Positions 8,872 to 18,698 of a stretch of DNA of 64,000 bases are shown here, piece by piece. Origin of the DNA: Nitrospirota bacterium (GTDB lineage Bacteria > Nitrospirota > Thermodesulfovibrionia > Thermodesulfovibrionales > SM23-35). The translations under genes were made by a program, and so were the position numbers. Where the stretch lies: NCBI GenBank assembly GCA_963796125.1, contig CAWCKM010000018.1, positions 1,951-65,950 of the forward strand, in the 5' to 3' direction. How positions within the stretch are numbered: the stretch's first letter is position 1; each line of letters opens with the position of its first letter. The notes under the pieces were generated by a model that was not told the DNA's origin, searched no databases, and worked only from the letters and a program-made list of their open reading frames with translations.

Positions 8872-11570
8872 TATTTTTCACCTCCAACTTCTCTCAGTTT
8901 CTTGATACTCTCTTTTATTCGCTCTTTCCTCATGCTGAGTTCCTCATACTTTGCCTTCTCCTTCTCGACAACCTCTCTGGGAGCCCTCAGGAGAAAGTCT
9001 TCATTATGAAGCTTTTTATTGAGAAAAGAGAGAGATCCTTCTACATCGGCTGTGGCCTTCTTCAATCTGTCCATTTCTGCATCTATGTTCAGGACGCCTT
9101 TGAGGAGAACATATACCTCCATTGAGCCTTTAACAGAAGTTGCAGAACCCTCCGGCTTTTCAGCTTCCATGCCTATCCTTATCTCACCGGCATGAGCAAG
9201 CTTCTTAATATATGCTACATTTTTTTTCAGTATTTCATCTACCTTTAGATCATATGTCTTTATAACTGCATTCAGTTCAGAAGAAGGAAGTATATTCAGC
9301 TCCCCCCTGATCGTCCGTATCCCTGTTACAGCATCGATTATGCAGGACATTTCTTCTTCTGCCTGGAAATCCCTCGGCAGAGAGTTTGGAAATTCAGAAA
9401 TCATGATACTCTCACCTGTCTTTTCATTCCCTCTTCTGATATGCGGTACCTTCTGCCATATCTCCTCGGTAACAAAGGGCATGAATGGATGGAGGAGTCT
9501 TAAGGAAGCATCAAGAGTGTAAAGGAGACATTCAATCACATTCTTTTGAATCTCAGGGTTTTTCATATCTGATTTCGCAATCTCGATATACCAGTCACAG
9601 AACTCATGCCATATAAACTGATAGATATCAGACGCTGCATCATTAAACCGGTATTCATCAAGGGCTTTATTGATGTTATCAACTGCAAGAGCGAGTCTGC
9701 TCAGGATCCATCTGGCTGATACATTGAACGCTGCTATCTCATGAACAATTTTAGACATCTGGATGTCAGCAGTCTGCATGTTCAGCATGATAAACCGTGC
9801 TGCGTTCCAGAGCTTGTTCACAAAATGCCTGTACCCTTCAACCCTCTCTTCCGAGAACCTGATATCCCTGCCCTGTGCTGCAAAGGCAGCAAGGGTAAAC
9901 CTGAAGGCATCCGTACCGTATCTTTCCATAAGCGGAAGGGGGTCAACAACATTCCCCTTTGATTTTGACATCTTCTGACCTTTAACATCCCTGACAAGGG
10001 CATGGATATAGACATCCCTGAAAGGGACGTCTCCCATAAATTTAAGGCCCATCATAATCATCCGTGCAACCCAGAAAAAAATAATGTCAAAACTCGTAAT
10101 AAGGACACTTGTCGGATAGAAATTCTGAAGCTCAACCGTCTTATCAGGCCATCCAAGAGTTGAGAAAGGCCAGAGTGCAGAGGAAAACCATGTATCCAGA
10201 ACATCCTCGTCCTGAACAAGTTTCTGCGAACCACAGTACGGACATGCTGCCGGGCTTTCCCGTAAAACAATAATACCGTCCTTTATCCTGCATTGTTCGT
10301 TCTTCTTTTCCTGGCAGTACCATGCCGGTATCCTGTGTCCCCACCATATCTGCCGGGAGATGCACCAATCCCTGATATTTTCCATCCAGGCAAAATAGGT
10401 GTTTTCCCATGAGTCCGGTATGATTCTGATCTTCTTCTCTCTCACAACCCTTATTGCTTCATGAGCAAGAGGTTTCACATTCACATACCACTGGAGGGTC
10501 AGTAATGGTTCTATAACAGTCTTACACCTGTAACAGTGTCCGAGAGAATGTTTGTATTTCTCTTCTTTTTCTAAAAGCCTTTGCTCCTTCAGATCATTGA
10601 GGACAGCTCTTCTGCATGCATATCTGTCCATGCCTGCATACTTCATTCCTGCCTCTGCCGTCATGTGACCATCTTTTCCGATGACCGTAATGAACTCCAG
10701 AGGGGGTGTATGCCTTTTTGCCATTGCTTCATCATTAAAGTCATGTGCCGGCGTCACCTTAACAGCGCCTGTTCCAAAAGATGGATCAACAGCATTGTCT
10801 GAAATGACCGGTATGTTTCTTGTCGTAAGGGGCAGAGCAAGGAACTTACCGATATGGTCTTTGTACCGCTCATCCGCAGGGTGAACTGCCACCGCAGTAT
10901 CACCAAGCATCGTTTCAGGCCGAGTAGTAGCTACTGTGATAGAGCCAGTTCCGTCTGAAAGAGGATACTTTATGAAATAAAGTTTGCTTTCGAATTCTTC
11001 GTGTTCTACCTCAAGGTCTGAGAGTGCAGTATGACAGCGAGGGCACCAGTTTATCAGCCGGTCATCCCTGTATATCAGACCCTCTTCGTACAACTGTACA
11101 AAGACCTCCCGCACTGCTCTTGAGAGGCCTTCGTCAAGAGTAAACCTTTCCCTTGACCAGTCACATGAAGCACCAAGACTCTTTAACTGATGGATAATCT
11201 TCCAGCCGTATTCTGCCTTCCATTTCCAAACCCGCTCGATAAATGCTTCCCTGCCAATCCTGTGCCTGTCGAGTCCTTCAGATGCCAGTTGTTTTTCCAC
11301 AACATTCTGGGTAGCTATGCCTGCATGGTCGGTTCCCGGCAGCCAGAGGACTTTACATCCTGACATGCGTTTCCATCGTGTGAGAATATCCTGAAGGACT
11401 GCGTTAAGGGCATGCCCCATGTGGAGAGAACCGGTTACATTTGGAGGCGGTATAACAATGGAAAAAGTACTGTCTTCTGAGGCTATGTCGGGCTTAAAAT
11501 AGCCCCTGGAGACCCAATATTCATACCAGCTTTCTTCAATACCTTTCGGATTGTAGCTCTTCTCTAAAAT
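8871..11570 (-). CDS. valS: valyl-tRNA synthetase
   Basis: HIGH region PPPNVTGSLHMGHA and KMSKS (KMSKSKGN). Coiled-coil C-terminus. The reading frame is open upstream of the track start (11420) back to 11570, but it contains no ATG, GTG or TTG, so the start is uncertain. Confidence 0.9.
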   Translation of the reverse strand: MLEKSYNPKGIEESWYEYWVSRGYFKPDIASEDSTFSIVIPPPNVTGSLHMGHALNAVLQDILTRWKRMSGCKVLWLPGTDHAGIATQNVVEKQLASEGLDRHRIGREAFIERVWKWKAEYGWKIIHQLKSLGASCDWSRERFTLDEGLSRAVREVFVQLYEEGLIYRDDRLINWCPRCHTALSDLEVEHEEFESKLYFIKYPLSDGTGSITVATTRPETMLGDTAVAVHPADERYKDHIGKFLALPLTTRNIPVISDNAVDPSFGTGAVKVTPAHDFNDEAMAKRHTPPLEFITVIGKDGHMTAEAGMKYAGMDRYACRRAVLNDLKEQRLLEKEEKYKHSLGHCYRCKTVIEPLLTLQWYVNVKPLAHEAIRVVREKKIRIIPDSWENTYFAWMENIRDWCISRQIWWGHRIPAWYCQEKKNEQCRIKDGIIVLRESPAACPYCGSQKLVQDEDVLDTWFSSALWPFSTLGWPDKTVELQNFYPTSVLITSFDIIFFWVARMIMMGLKFMGDVPFRDVYIHALVRDVKGQKMSKSKGNVVDPLPLMERYGTDAFRFTLAAFAAQGRDIRFSEERVEGYRHFVNKLWNAARFIMLNMQTADIQMSKIVHEIAAFNVSARWILSRLALAVDNINKALDEYRFNDAASDIYQFIWHEFCDWYIEIAKSDMKNPEIQKNVIECLLYTLDASLRLLHPFMPFVTEEIWQKVPHIRRGNEKTGESIMISEFPNSLPRDFQAEEEMSCIIDAVTGIRTIRGELNILPSSELNAVIKTYDLKVDEILKKNVAYIKKLAHAGEIRIGMEAEKPEGSATSVKGSMEVYVLLKGVLNIDAEMDRLKKATADVEGSLSFLNKKLHNEDFLLRAPREVVEKEKAKYEELSMRKERIKESIKKLREVGGEK

Positions 11571-12868
11571 TCTGACCTTATCCTCTCGATTTCCTTTGAT
11601 ATTAATGACTCTGCAAGGTCAGGGATGGTCTTCCAGATTACTGTCTCGACTTCTTTTTTCATGGATTCGAAGGATACTTTCAGTTCTTCTCTCAGCGTTT
11701 TCTCAACAAGTCCCGGTAAAATTTCATTCATCGTCTTTTCTGTAGCTTTCACAACAGAATCAAGGGAATTACTTAACGTATCCTTGAAGATTTTCTCTGT
11801 AAGTTCCGGCACCTGCTTACTTATTACATGTTCAGTCTTTTCCGTAAGAGATTCCACAGAGGTTTGTAACGTATCCAGGAGCACCTTTTCAGTTAAAGCA
11901 GGTACAGTCTCATTGATAACTTTTTCAAGAGGTTCTTTTACCAAAGAAGACAAGGAAGATGCTATAGTTTCTGTTATATCAATTGAAGACAAAAGGGACG
12001 TTATCTTCGTATTAAGCGTCTCTTCAAATATGCCCTTTAATTCATCATGCATTATCCTCTCTGTAATTTCAGGCACTTTCTCGCTTAATGTCTTATCTAT
12101 AGTATCTTTCAGGAGTGATGTGAGCGATGAAGACACAACTTCTTTCATATCAATTGAGGAAAGTAATGAAGATATATTGCTATTGAGAGTATTCTGAAAT
12201 ATCTCCTTCAGTTCTTCTTTTGAAGGTAACTCTGCTTCCAATATCCCTGCTTCCTCTACAGGTACTGCTTCTTCAATACGAGAAGGCGCAGCTTTTACCG
12301 GTTCCTGTTCAAGGGAAATTCCCATCTCCTGTGCAGCCTTATAGATGTCTTCTTTCTCAATCTCTGCTGTCTCTTCGGGAAGTATTTTTTCAAGCTCTCC
12401 AGGTTCTGCAATTTCTTCCATAGCCCAGAGGTCTTCTTCAACTGCTGCCTCTGCTGCAGGAGGAGCCTGAGATTTACCAAAAGTGCCTTCATCCAATACA
12501 GCCGAGGACTCAATGGCCTCCTGAATCTTGTTTATCAATTCCTGTGCATCAAAAGGTTTAATAACAAAACCATCCGCATGAACTCTTTTAGCGCTTTCTT
12601 CATCAAAGGGTTCAAATGCACCTGCAAGGAGCAGTACGGGAATTTTTGAAGTAGAGGGATCCTGTTTAATCTTCTCACAGAGAAGGTATCCGTTCATCCT
12701 GGGCATCTCTACATCTGCAAGGACAATATCAGGCTTAAAATCAGGGATAGCAGCCCATGCATCTTCTCCGTTATTCAGTGTCTTTATCTCAAATCCTTCC
12801 CCTGCGAGGATTAACTCGACTACTTTATGGATTGTAATGCTGTCATCGGCAAGGAGTAACTTACGCAA
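11564..12868 (-). CDS. response regulator (CheY-like receiver) with long repetitive C-terminal extension
   Basis: Receiver motifs LLADDS...DIVLADVEMPRMNG...VIKPF. The C-terminus holds two clear units of about 57 aa plus five copies of a (V/I/L)P.L.E(K/R/S) motif. Confidence 0.8.
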   Translation of the reverse strand: MRKLLLADDSITIHKVVELILAGEGFEIKTLNNGEDAWAAIPDFKPDIVLADVEMPRMNGYLLCEKIKQDPSTSKIPVLLLAGAFEPFDEESAKRVHADGFVIKPFDAQELINKIQEAIESSAVLDEGTFGKSQAPPAAEAAVEEDLWAMEEIAEPGELEKILPEETAEIEKEDIYKAAQEMGISLEQEPVKAAPSRIEEAVPVEEAGILEAELPSKEELKEIFQNTLNSNISSLLSSIDMKEVVSSSLTSLLKDTIDKTLSEKVPEITERIMHDELKGIFEETLNTKITSLLSSIDITETIASSLSSLVKEPLEKVINETVPALTEKVLLDTLQTSVESLTEKTEHVISKQVPELTEKIFKDTLSNSLDSVVKATEKTMNEILPGLVEKTLREELKVSFESMKKEVETVIWKTIPDLAESLISKEIERIRSEF

Positions 12869-12983
12869 GACATTTCACCTCACATAAAAAATTTAAGGTA
12901 TCCTTCGAGATTTTATGGTTACGTGCCGAAAAAGTCAAGAGTTATCATCGAATATGCGGTCCTTTTATGATGCCCCTATGATA

Positions 12984-13326
12984 CTAAATCTTTTTCCTGT
13001 AGTAATCCATCAGAATGTAGAGAAGAGTGAAGAAAACAGCACCACTAACATTTGCCATCATATCTGAAAAAGAACACTCCCTCCACGGTATTGCAGATTG
13101 TATAAGTTCTGTTAGCAAAACCAAATAATGAAGCAATAATTATAGAAAGAACTGCCGATTTCTTCATTGAGGACTTTGATCGGAAATTTTTCATGAAGAG
13201 GACTGCCGTTATTCCATACATCACAAAATGAATGACCGTGTCGGATAGATGCCTTGTCGGTAAACCCTTAACCGGTATGGTGGAAAATACAAGGATGAGG
13301 AAAAGCCACAGAAGAGTAAGAATCAA
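12984..13326 (-). CDS. VanZ-like membrane protein (frame-broken)
   Basis: N-terminal part is in track ORF 13045..13326 (LSDTVIHFVMYG). The C-terminal part ELIQSAIPWRECSFSDMMANVSGAVFF is in another frame and ends at 12984. Confidence 0.55.
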
Positions 13327-14151
13327 TTACTAACCTTGAGGCTCTTATCGTAGAGTTCCTTTTTGCTTAATCCATACGCTTCAGCAACTTTCTTTACGGC
13401 CTCTTTTCTCCCAAGACCTTTTTTCATTAACGTACTCACCTCCATGGAGGGCATCATCAGACGTGAGTTTCTCCTCTTCCGCCCTTCCCTCCATGACAAT
13501 GACATACTCTCCTGCTATTGTTGTTTTTTCAAGCGTTCTGAATACTTCAGAAATATTGCCCCTGATAACCTCTTCATAAATCTTACTGATCTCTTTTATG
13601 ACTGCTGCTTTTCTCTCTCCGAATATCTCTTCCATATCTGAAAGGGTCTCAAGAATTCTGTGTGGTGCTTCATAGAAAACAAGGGTCCTCTGTTCATAAC
13701 TCAGATCTTTGAGAACTTTCTGGCGCTGACTCTTCCTGGCTGGAAGAAATCCCATAAAAGTAAACTCATCTGTTGAAAGGCCCGATACAGACAGGGCGGC
13801 AATCAGAGCTGTTACACCCGGAATCGATACAACGTCAATGGCTTCCTCCAATGCCTTTCTTATAAGTACTGCCCCTGGATCAGATATGCCAGGGGTTCCT
13901 GCATCTGAAATAAGAGCAACAGATTGACCTGCATGCAGCCTCTCAAGAATCTCCGTTGATCTGACCTTCTCTTTTTCTCCCCAGTAGCTTATTAATGGCT
14001 TTGAAATGCCATAATGTGTAAGGAGCTTGCTCGACCGTCGTGTGTCCTCTGCAGCAATGACATCTACGTCCTTGAGGACCTTCAATGCCCGCAGGGTAAT
14101 GTCTTCGAGATTTCCGATAGGTGTTGAGACTATATAGAGGGTGCCTTTCAC
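13323..14151 (-). CDS. rsmI: 16S rRNA (cytidine1402-2'-O)-methyltransferase
   Basis: GTLYIVSTPIGNLEDITLRALKVLKDVDVIAAEDTR. The C-terminal part (GLGRKEAVKKVAEAYGLSKKELY) lies in a second frame (track ORF 13323..13505). Confidence 0.85.
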
Positions 14152-14354
14152 TCTATCTTCAGGAGCTTTCTAAGTCTTCTGTCTGCCCGGACAATTTCAT
14201 CTGCATCATCACCCGTTATCTCCCATGTGTACTTATCCTCTGCTGAGCGTCTGAGCTTGATTTTAACTGGCTTCTTCGGCTTTATCTGCTGGATTTCGGG
14301 TTGTTTCTTTACCTGGAAAGTCTTGGGATCCTCAGAAAAAACGGAACTGGACAA
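14148..14354 (-). CDS. hypothetical small protein
   Basis: 68-aa ORF overlapping the rsmI start by 4 nt. A possible N-terminal TM extension from an ATG at about 14431 lies in another frame. Confidence 0.3.
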   Translation of the reverse strand: MSSSVFSEDPKTFQVKKQPEIQQIKPKKPVKIKLRRSAEDKYTWEITGDDADEIVRADRRLRKLLKIE

Positions 14355-14510
14355 TCAAAAAGATAAAAGAAAAGGATAAGACCGATTATAAGAAAAACAA
14401 TTTTATGTTTGATTTTCGATGCCTGTACCATTAGTTATTATCCGTTATTGCAATTTGGTTACTTAATTATTCTTTTTTGCTTTTGAGAACCAGCACAAAA
14501 TCTTACATTC

Positions 14511-14573
14511 TGTCATGCCGGCTTGTCCGGCATCTTTCTTTAAGAAGGATTCGCCGACAAGTCGGGAATGACA
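14511..14573. repeat. TGTCAT...ATGACA double-hairpin miniature repeat
   Basis: TGTCATGCCGGCTTGTCCGGCAT...TTCGCCGACAAGTCGGGAATGACA. Two hairpins sit between inverted TGTCAT/ATGACA termini. Confidence 0.65.
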
Positions 14574-14625
14574 AAAGTACAGAACCATTGTCACCAAAGC
14601 ATCGCTATCCAAGTGTATTCCTTGA

Positions 14626-16365
14626 CTAATAGCCCCTGTATTTATTCGTTATCGGAAAGCGTCTGTCTCTACCAAAGGCCCTCTTGGTAATCTTTATGCC
14701 AGGAGGTGCCTGTCTTCTCTTGTATTCACTCGTATCGACCATCCGTATAACCTTCTGTGCTGATTCAACCTTGCAGCCAAGAGACAGTATTTCCTCAAAC
14801 CCCTTATCATCTTCTATATATGCTTTCAATATGGGGTCTAAAAGAGAATACGGTGGAAGTGTATCCGTATCCTTCTGGTTTGGTCTCAGTTCTGCTGAAG
14901 GTTCCTTTCGTAAGACCCTCTCGGGTATAACAATCCTTCCCTCTTTCTTATTCTTCCACCTGCAGAGCTCATATACCATTGTTTTAGGCACGTCCTTTAT
15001 TACAGCAAATCCACCTGCCATATCACCGTAAAGAGTTGCATAGCCGACACTCATCTCCGACTTATTTCCTGTTGTAAGGACAAGCCATCCGAATTTGTTT
15101 GAAAATGCCATGAGGATATTACCCCTTATCCTTGCCTGAATATTTTCTTCTGTTACATCTTCTGCAAGCCCTTGGAATTCCTCTTTCAAGGCATCAAGAT
15201 AACCCTTAAAGATATTATGAATAGGTAGTTCAATTATCTTGATCCCAAGGTTCCTTGCAAGGGAATAGACATCTTCTTTGCTTTCCTTTGATGTATAAGG
15301 AGAAGGCATGAACAAACCTGTTACATTTTCTTTCCCGATTGCATCCACTGCAATGGTTGATACCAGTGAAGAATCAATGCCTCCACTCTGGCCGATAACA
15401 ACACCTGTAATACCGTTCTTCCTTATGTACTCAGATGTGCCAAGTACAAGGGCTTCGTAGACCTCTTCTGTCGGCTCCATGATGTTGTATTCAACCGGCG
15501 GAAGATGCGGCACTGTTCGTATTTCATGCAATTTCTTTTCAACATGGATGACAACCTCTTCAACAGCTCCCTTTTCGAGTTTCATAACTTCCTGTCTTCT
15601 TCGAGGGGCATGAAGCCTCTGCATGCTCACAGCATCAAGGTTTAAGTCTGCAACAATCAGGTCTTCCCTGAACTGTTTTCCTCTTGCAATGACATTACCA
15701 TTCTGGTCAAGAATAAGGCTGTCACCATCAAAGACGAGTTCATCCTGGCCACCGACGGTATTCAGATAGACAACAATGGCTATGCTGTCTGACGATCTTG
15801 TGGAAAGCATATTCTCTCTTGACTTGCCTTTTCCAATGCGGTAGGGAGATGCATTGATATTGATGATCACCTCGGCCCCGGAAAGCGTCTGCATCCTCAT
15901 AGGACCTTCAGGGTACCAGATATCCTCACAGATATTGATACCGAAACATGTGTCACCAGACCTGTATATGGAGCATCTCCTGCCTGCCTGGAAATAACGG
16001 ACCTCGTCAAAGACACCATAATTCGGGAGATACATTTTATGGTAGGTATCAATTAATTTCTTATTGTAAATGATTGCAGCAGCATTATAAATATCATCAG
16101 TCCTGTCAACAAATCCAATGATCGCAATGATATCTTTTACCTTCTTCTGGACTTTTTTCAGGGCTTTGAGGTTATCTTCAATGAAATTGGGTTTTAGGAG
16201 TAAGTCTTCTGGCGGATAACCGGTTATTGCAAGCTCGGGAAATACAACGATCTGAGCACCGTATTTCCCTGCATCCTCAAGGTAGTCAAGAATCTTTGAG
16301 ACATTTCCTTCGAAATCTCCAACAGTAGGATTAATCTGTGCAAGGGCTATCCGAAGCGTTCTCAT
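14626..16365 (-). CDS. nadE: glutamine-dependent NAD+ synthetase
   Basis: N-terminal CN-hydrolase domain ([18 protein letters not shown]) and C-terminal NAD synthetase domain (SGGIDSS). Confidence 0.9.
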   Translation of the reverse strand: MRTLRIALAQINPTVGDFEGNVSKILDYLEDAGKYGAQIVVFPELAITGYPPEDLLLKPNFIEDNLKALKKVQKKVKDIIAIIGFVDRTDDIYNAAAIIYNKKLIDTYHKMYLPNYGVFDEVRYFQAGRRCSIYRSGDTCFGINICEDIWYPEGPMRMQTLSGAEVIININASPYRIGKGKSRENMLSTRSSDSIAIVVYLNTVGGQDELVFDGDSLILDQNGNVIARGKQFREDLIVADLNLDAVSMQRLHAPRRRQEVMKLEKGAVEEVVIHVEKKLHEIRTVPHLPPVEYNIMEPTEEVYEALVLGTSEYIRKNGITGVVIGQSGGIDSSLVSTIAVDAIGKENVTGLFMPSPYTSKESKEDVYSLARNLGIKIIELPIHNIFKGYLDALKEEFQGLAEDVTEENIQARIRGNILMAFSNKFGWLVLTTGNKSEMSVGYATLYGDMAGGFAVIKDVPKTMVYELCRWKNKKEGRIVIPERVLRKEPSAELRPNQKDTDTLPPYSLLDPILKAYIEDDKGFEEILSLGCKVESAQKVIRMVDTSEYKRRQAPPGIKITKRAFGRDRRFPITNKYRGY

Positions 16366-16493
16366 GTATGTTCCTCTTCACCTCCTCATACAACTCTCAA
16401 AGGGGAATGAAGCCTTGCCTATTATAGCATCAGAGCGAAAATTCAACAAAAAATTATCAATACAATAAGGATTCCAGTGAAAATTACCGACAC

Positions 16494-17180
16494 TTGAACC
16501 CTCGAATCCTTGAATCCTCGAACCCTTTCTTTTACAATCAAGAACAAAATTCAATATCAGTCTGTCTAAATATGAAAAGAGAAGAACAGGCTTTCATAGA
16601 CGAAGATGCTGAGATCGTTTCTTTTTGTAAAAAGGGAAATGTTGATGCCTTTGAAGAATTAGTCAGAAAGCACCAGAAAAAGATGCTCAATATTGCATTC
16701 AGGATGATCGGGAACTATGAAGATGCATGCGAGATTGTGCAGGACGCCTTTGTTTCAGCTTATAAGGCTATCAAACATTTCGAAGAGAAGGCCAGATTTT
16801 CTACCTGGCTTTATACAATAGTTGTCAACCTTTCAAGGAACCGTCTGAACCAGTTGAAGATAAAGAACAGCCGTGAAGCTTTTTCAATGGATGATCCTGT
16901 CCTCACAGATAGTAGTGAACTGGCCGTAGAGTTAGCATCCAGTGAACCCTCGGTCCTGGAAAAACTTGAAAAAAGAGATGTGCAACAAAAGGTTCAGGCA
17001 TGCATAGATTCCCTTGACAATGAATTCAAGGAAGTTATCATTCTTAGGGATATGCAGGGGTTTTCTTATGACGAGATCAGTGATATGCTTAAGATGCCGG
17101 GTGGCACTGTTAAATCAAGACTTTTCAGGGCAAGGGAAATGCTCAGAGACTGCCTGAAAAGAGTTATGGGAGATCTGTAG
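16494..17180 (+). CDS. ECF-type RNA polymerase sigma factor
   Basis: Sigma-70 region 2 (DAFEELVRKHQKKMLNIAFRM...DAFVSAYKAI) and region 4 (FSYDEISDMLKMPGGTVKSRLFRARE). The probable start is the ATG at 16572. Confidence 0.85.
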   Translation: MNPRILESSNPFFYNQEQNSISVCLNMKREEQAFIDEDAEIVSFCKKGNVDAFEELVRKHQKKMLNIAFRMIGNYEDACEIVQDAFVSAYKAIKHFEEKARFSTWLYTIVVNLSRNRLNQLKIKNSREAFSMDDPVLTDSSELAVELASSEPSVLEKLEKRDVQQKVQACIDSLDNEFKEVIILRDMQGFSYDEISDMLKMPGGTVKSRLFRAREMLRDCLKRVMGDL

Positions 17181-18223
17181 ATGAAGTGCCAGGACATTCA
17201 GCAAAAGCTGTCTGCTTATGCAGAAGGTATTCTTCATCCTGAAGAAAAGATGCTTGTTGATGAACATCTCAAATCTTGTCCGAAATGTAATGAATCTCTT
17301 GCATCCCTGAGAAAAACTATTGACTATGTCCATCGTCTTGAAAGATGTAGAACCTCCGGCCTGGCTGACTCAGAAAGTTATGGCAAAAATAAAAGCAGAA
17401 GTTCAGCCAAAGAAAAGGATAATACAAAAGCTATTTTATCCTTTGCACATAAAACTTCCTCTTGAAGCTGTTGTTACTGCTTTAATTGCTGTTATTACAA
17501 TTTATATTTTTAAAACAATGCAACCTGAGATGAAGCTTGCTCAAGCACCTTCTGAACATGAGACTGTCATTGCGAGGAGTCCATCAAAAGTAGACGACGA
17601 AGCAATCTCAAAGGAAAAGATTGCTGCGCCCCTGGCTCGCAATGAGAGGAAAAAGTTACCCCCACCCTCGCATCTCTGGCCTCTTAGAAAAGGCACTCCC
17701 TTCATCCCCCCCTTTGGAAAAGACATCCCCGTCCCCCCCTTTGGAAAAGGGGGGCAAGGGGGGATTTGAAGCCGAACAGCCTGTCCCCGCAAAAAAACCA
17801 ATGATTATGGACAAATTGGAAGAAGCACCTCAAGCACCTGCTCAAATTGCAAAACAGGATGAGGTTAGACCTTCAGCAGGTGCTGTAGCAAAAGAGGAAG
17901 CAAAAACTGAGGTTTTATCCCGTGCAGCAAAGGCAAAAGTGTCGGATGAAAAAAGGGAAGTTGTCAATGTCACCGTTCTTGTTAAAGATATTAGGATAGC
18001 CAGAACAGAGATTGAAACGGCTTTAACACAGCTTGGAGGGAAAATAATCAAAAAAGAATTTTTTGAAAATAAAGAAATCCTCACTGCAGAGATTACCTCT
18101 CAGAAACTGACGGAGCTTATTGCAAGACTGAAGAGTATCGGAGATGTTAAAGATAAAGAAATAGATATTCATGCTTTAGAAGTTCATGTTGAAATAGTAA
18201 TAGAGGTAATGAAACAACCATGA
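17181..18223 (+). CDS. anti-sigma factor (zf-HC2 type), frame-broken and carrying a repeat insertion
   Basis: N-terminal MKCQDIQQKLSAYAEG...HLKSCPKCNE, then a TM segment (LPLEAVVTALIAVITIYIF). Split over track ORFs 17181.., 17320.. and 17621... The repeat at 17565-17767 lies inside it. Confidence 0.7.
17565..17767. repeat. composite miniature repeat (GTCATTGCGAG module + C/G-run hairpin module) inside the anti-sigma CDS
   Basis: GTCATTGCGAGG...CGAAGCAATCTC...AGATTGCTGCG...CTCGCAATGAG, followed by CCCCCCTTTGGAAAAG...CCCCCCCTTTGGAAAAGGGGGGCAAGGGGGGATTT. Both modules recur elsewhere (45980, 55357). Confidence 0.65.
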
Positions 18224-18242
18224 GGTAAGAGTAATTCTTCAG

Positions 18243-18431
18243 TTAGATAGCGGCAACTACTACGAATAAAAAAATAGCAGCAGCCAATTGAATAATGAAT
18301 CCGTTAAAGATTCCTTTAGCGAGTTTCAGGTCATCTGAGTTTTCAGATTCATAACAATCGACATAGTCTATGTCGTTTTCATAAATTATTCTTTCCTTGT
18401 CAATAGTATATTCCATGGTCTCTCTCCTCAT
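18243..18431 (-). CDS. hypothetical small membrane protein
   Basis: 62-aa ORF with a C-terminal TM segment (FIIQLAAAIFLFVVVAAI). Confidence 0.3.
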   Translation of the reverse strand: MRRETMEYTIDKERIIYENDIDYVDCYESENSDDLKLAKGIFNGFIIQLAAAIFLFVVVAAI

Positions 18432-18595
18432 TGTGCAATTTAGGGTACTTTAGAGAAGTATTGATTGATGTAATACAAATCACTAATAATTCTTTAGGGA
18501 ACTTTTCTGGAACTACGTTTGTCTTATAAACTAAGACCGGTCAGAGGAAATGAGATTGATGTGCGAGACTAGTTGTCAATTATAATTGTCGCAGA

Positions 18596-18672
18596 AATCA
18601 TTCCGGACTTGATCTGGAGAATCCGACAGGGGATTGTAAAACACTCTGATTCCCGTATCAACGGGAATGACG
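18596..18672. repeat. degenerate member of the TGTCAT...ATGACA hairpin family
   Basis: TCATTCCGGACTTGATCTGGAGAATCC...TGATTCCCGTATCAACGGGAATGACG. Confidence 0.45.
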
Positions 18673-18698
18673 AAACGAGATAACAAAGGAGGTTTGAG

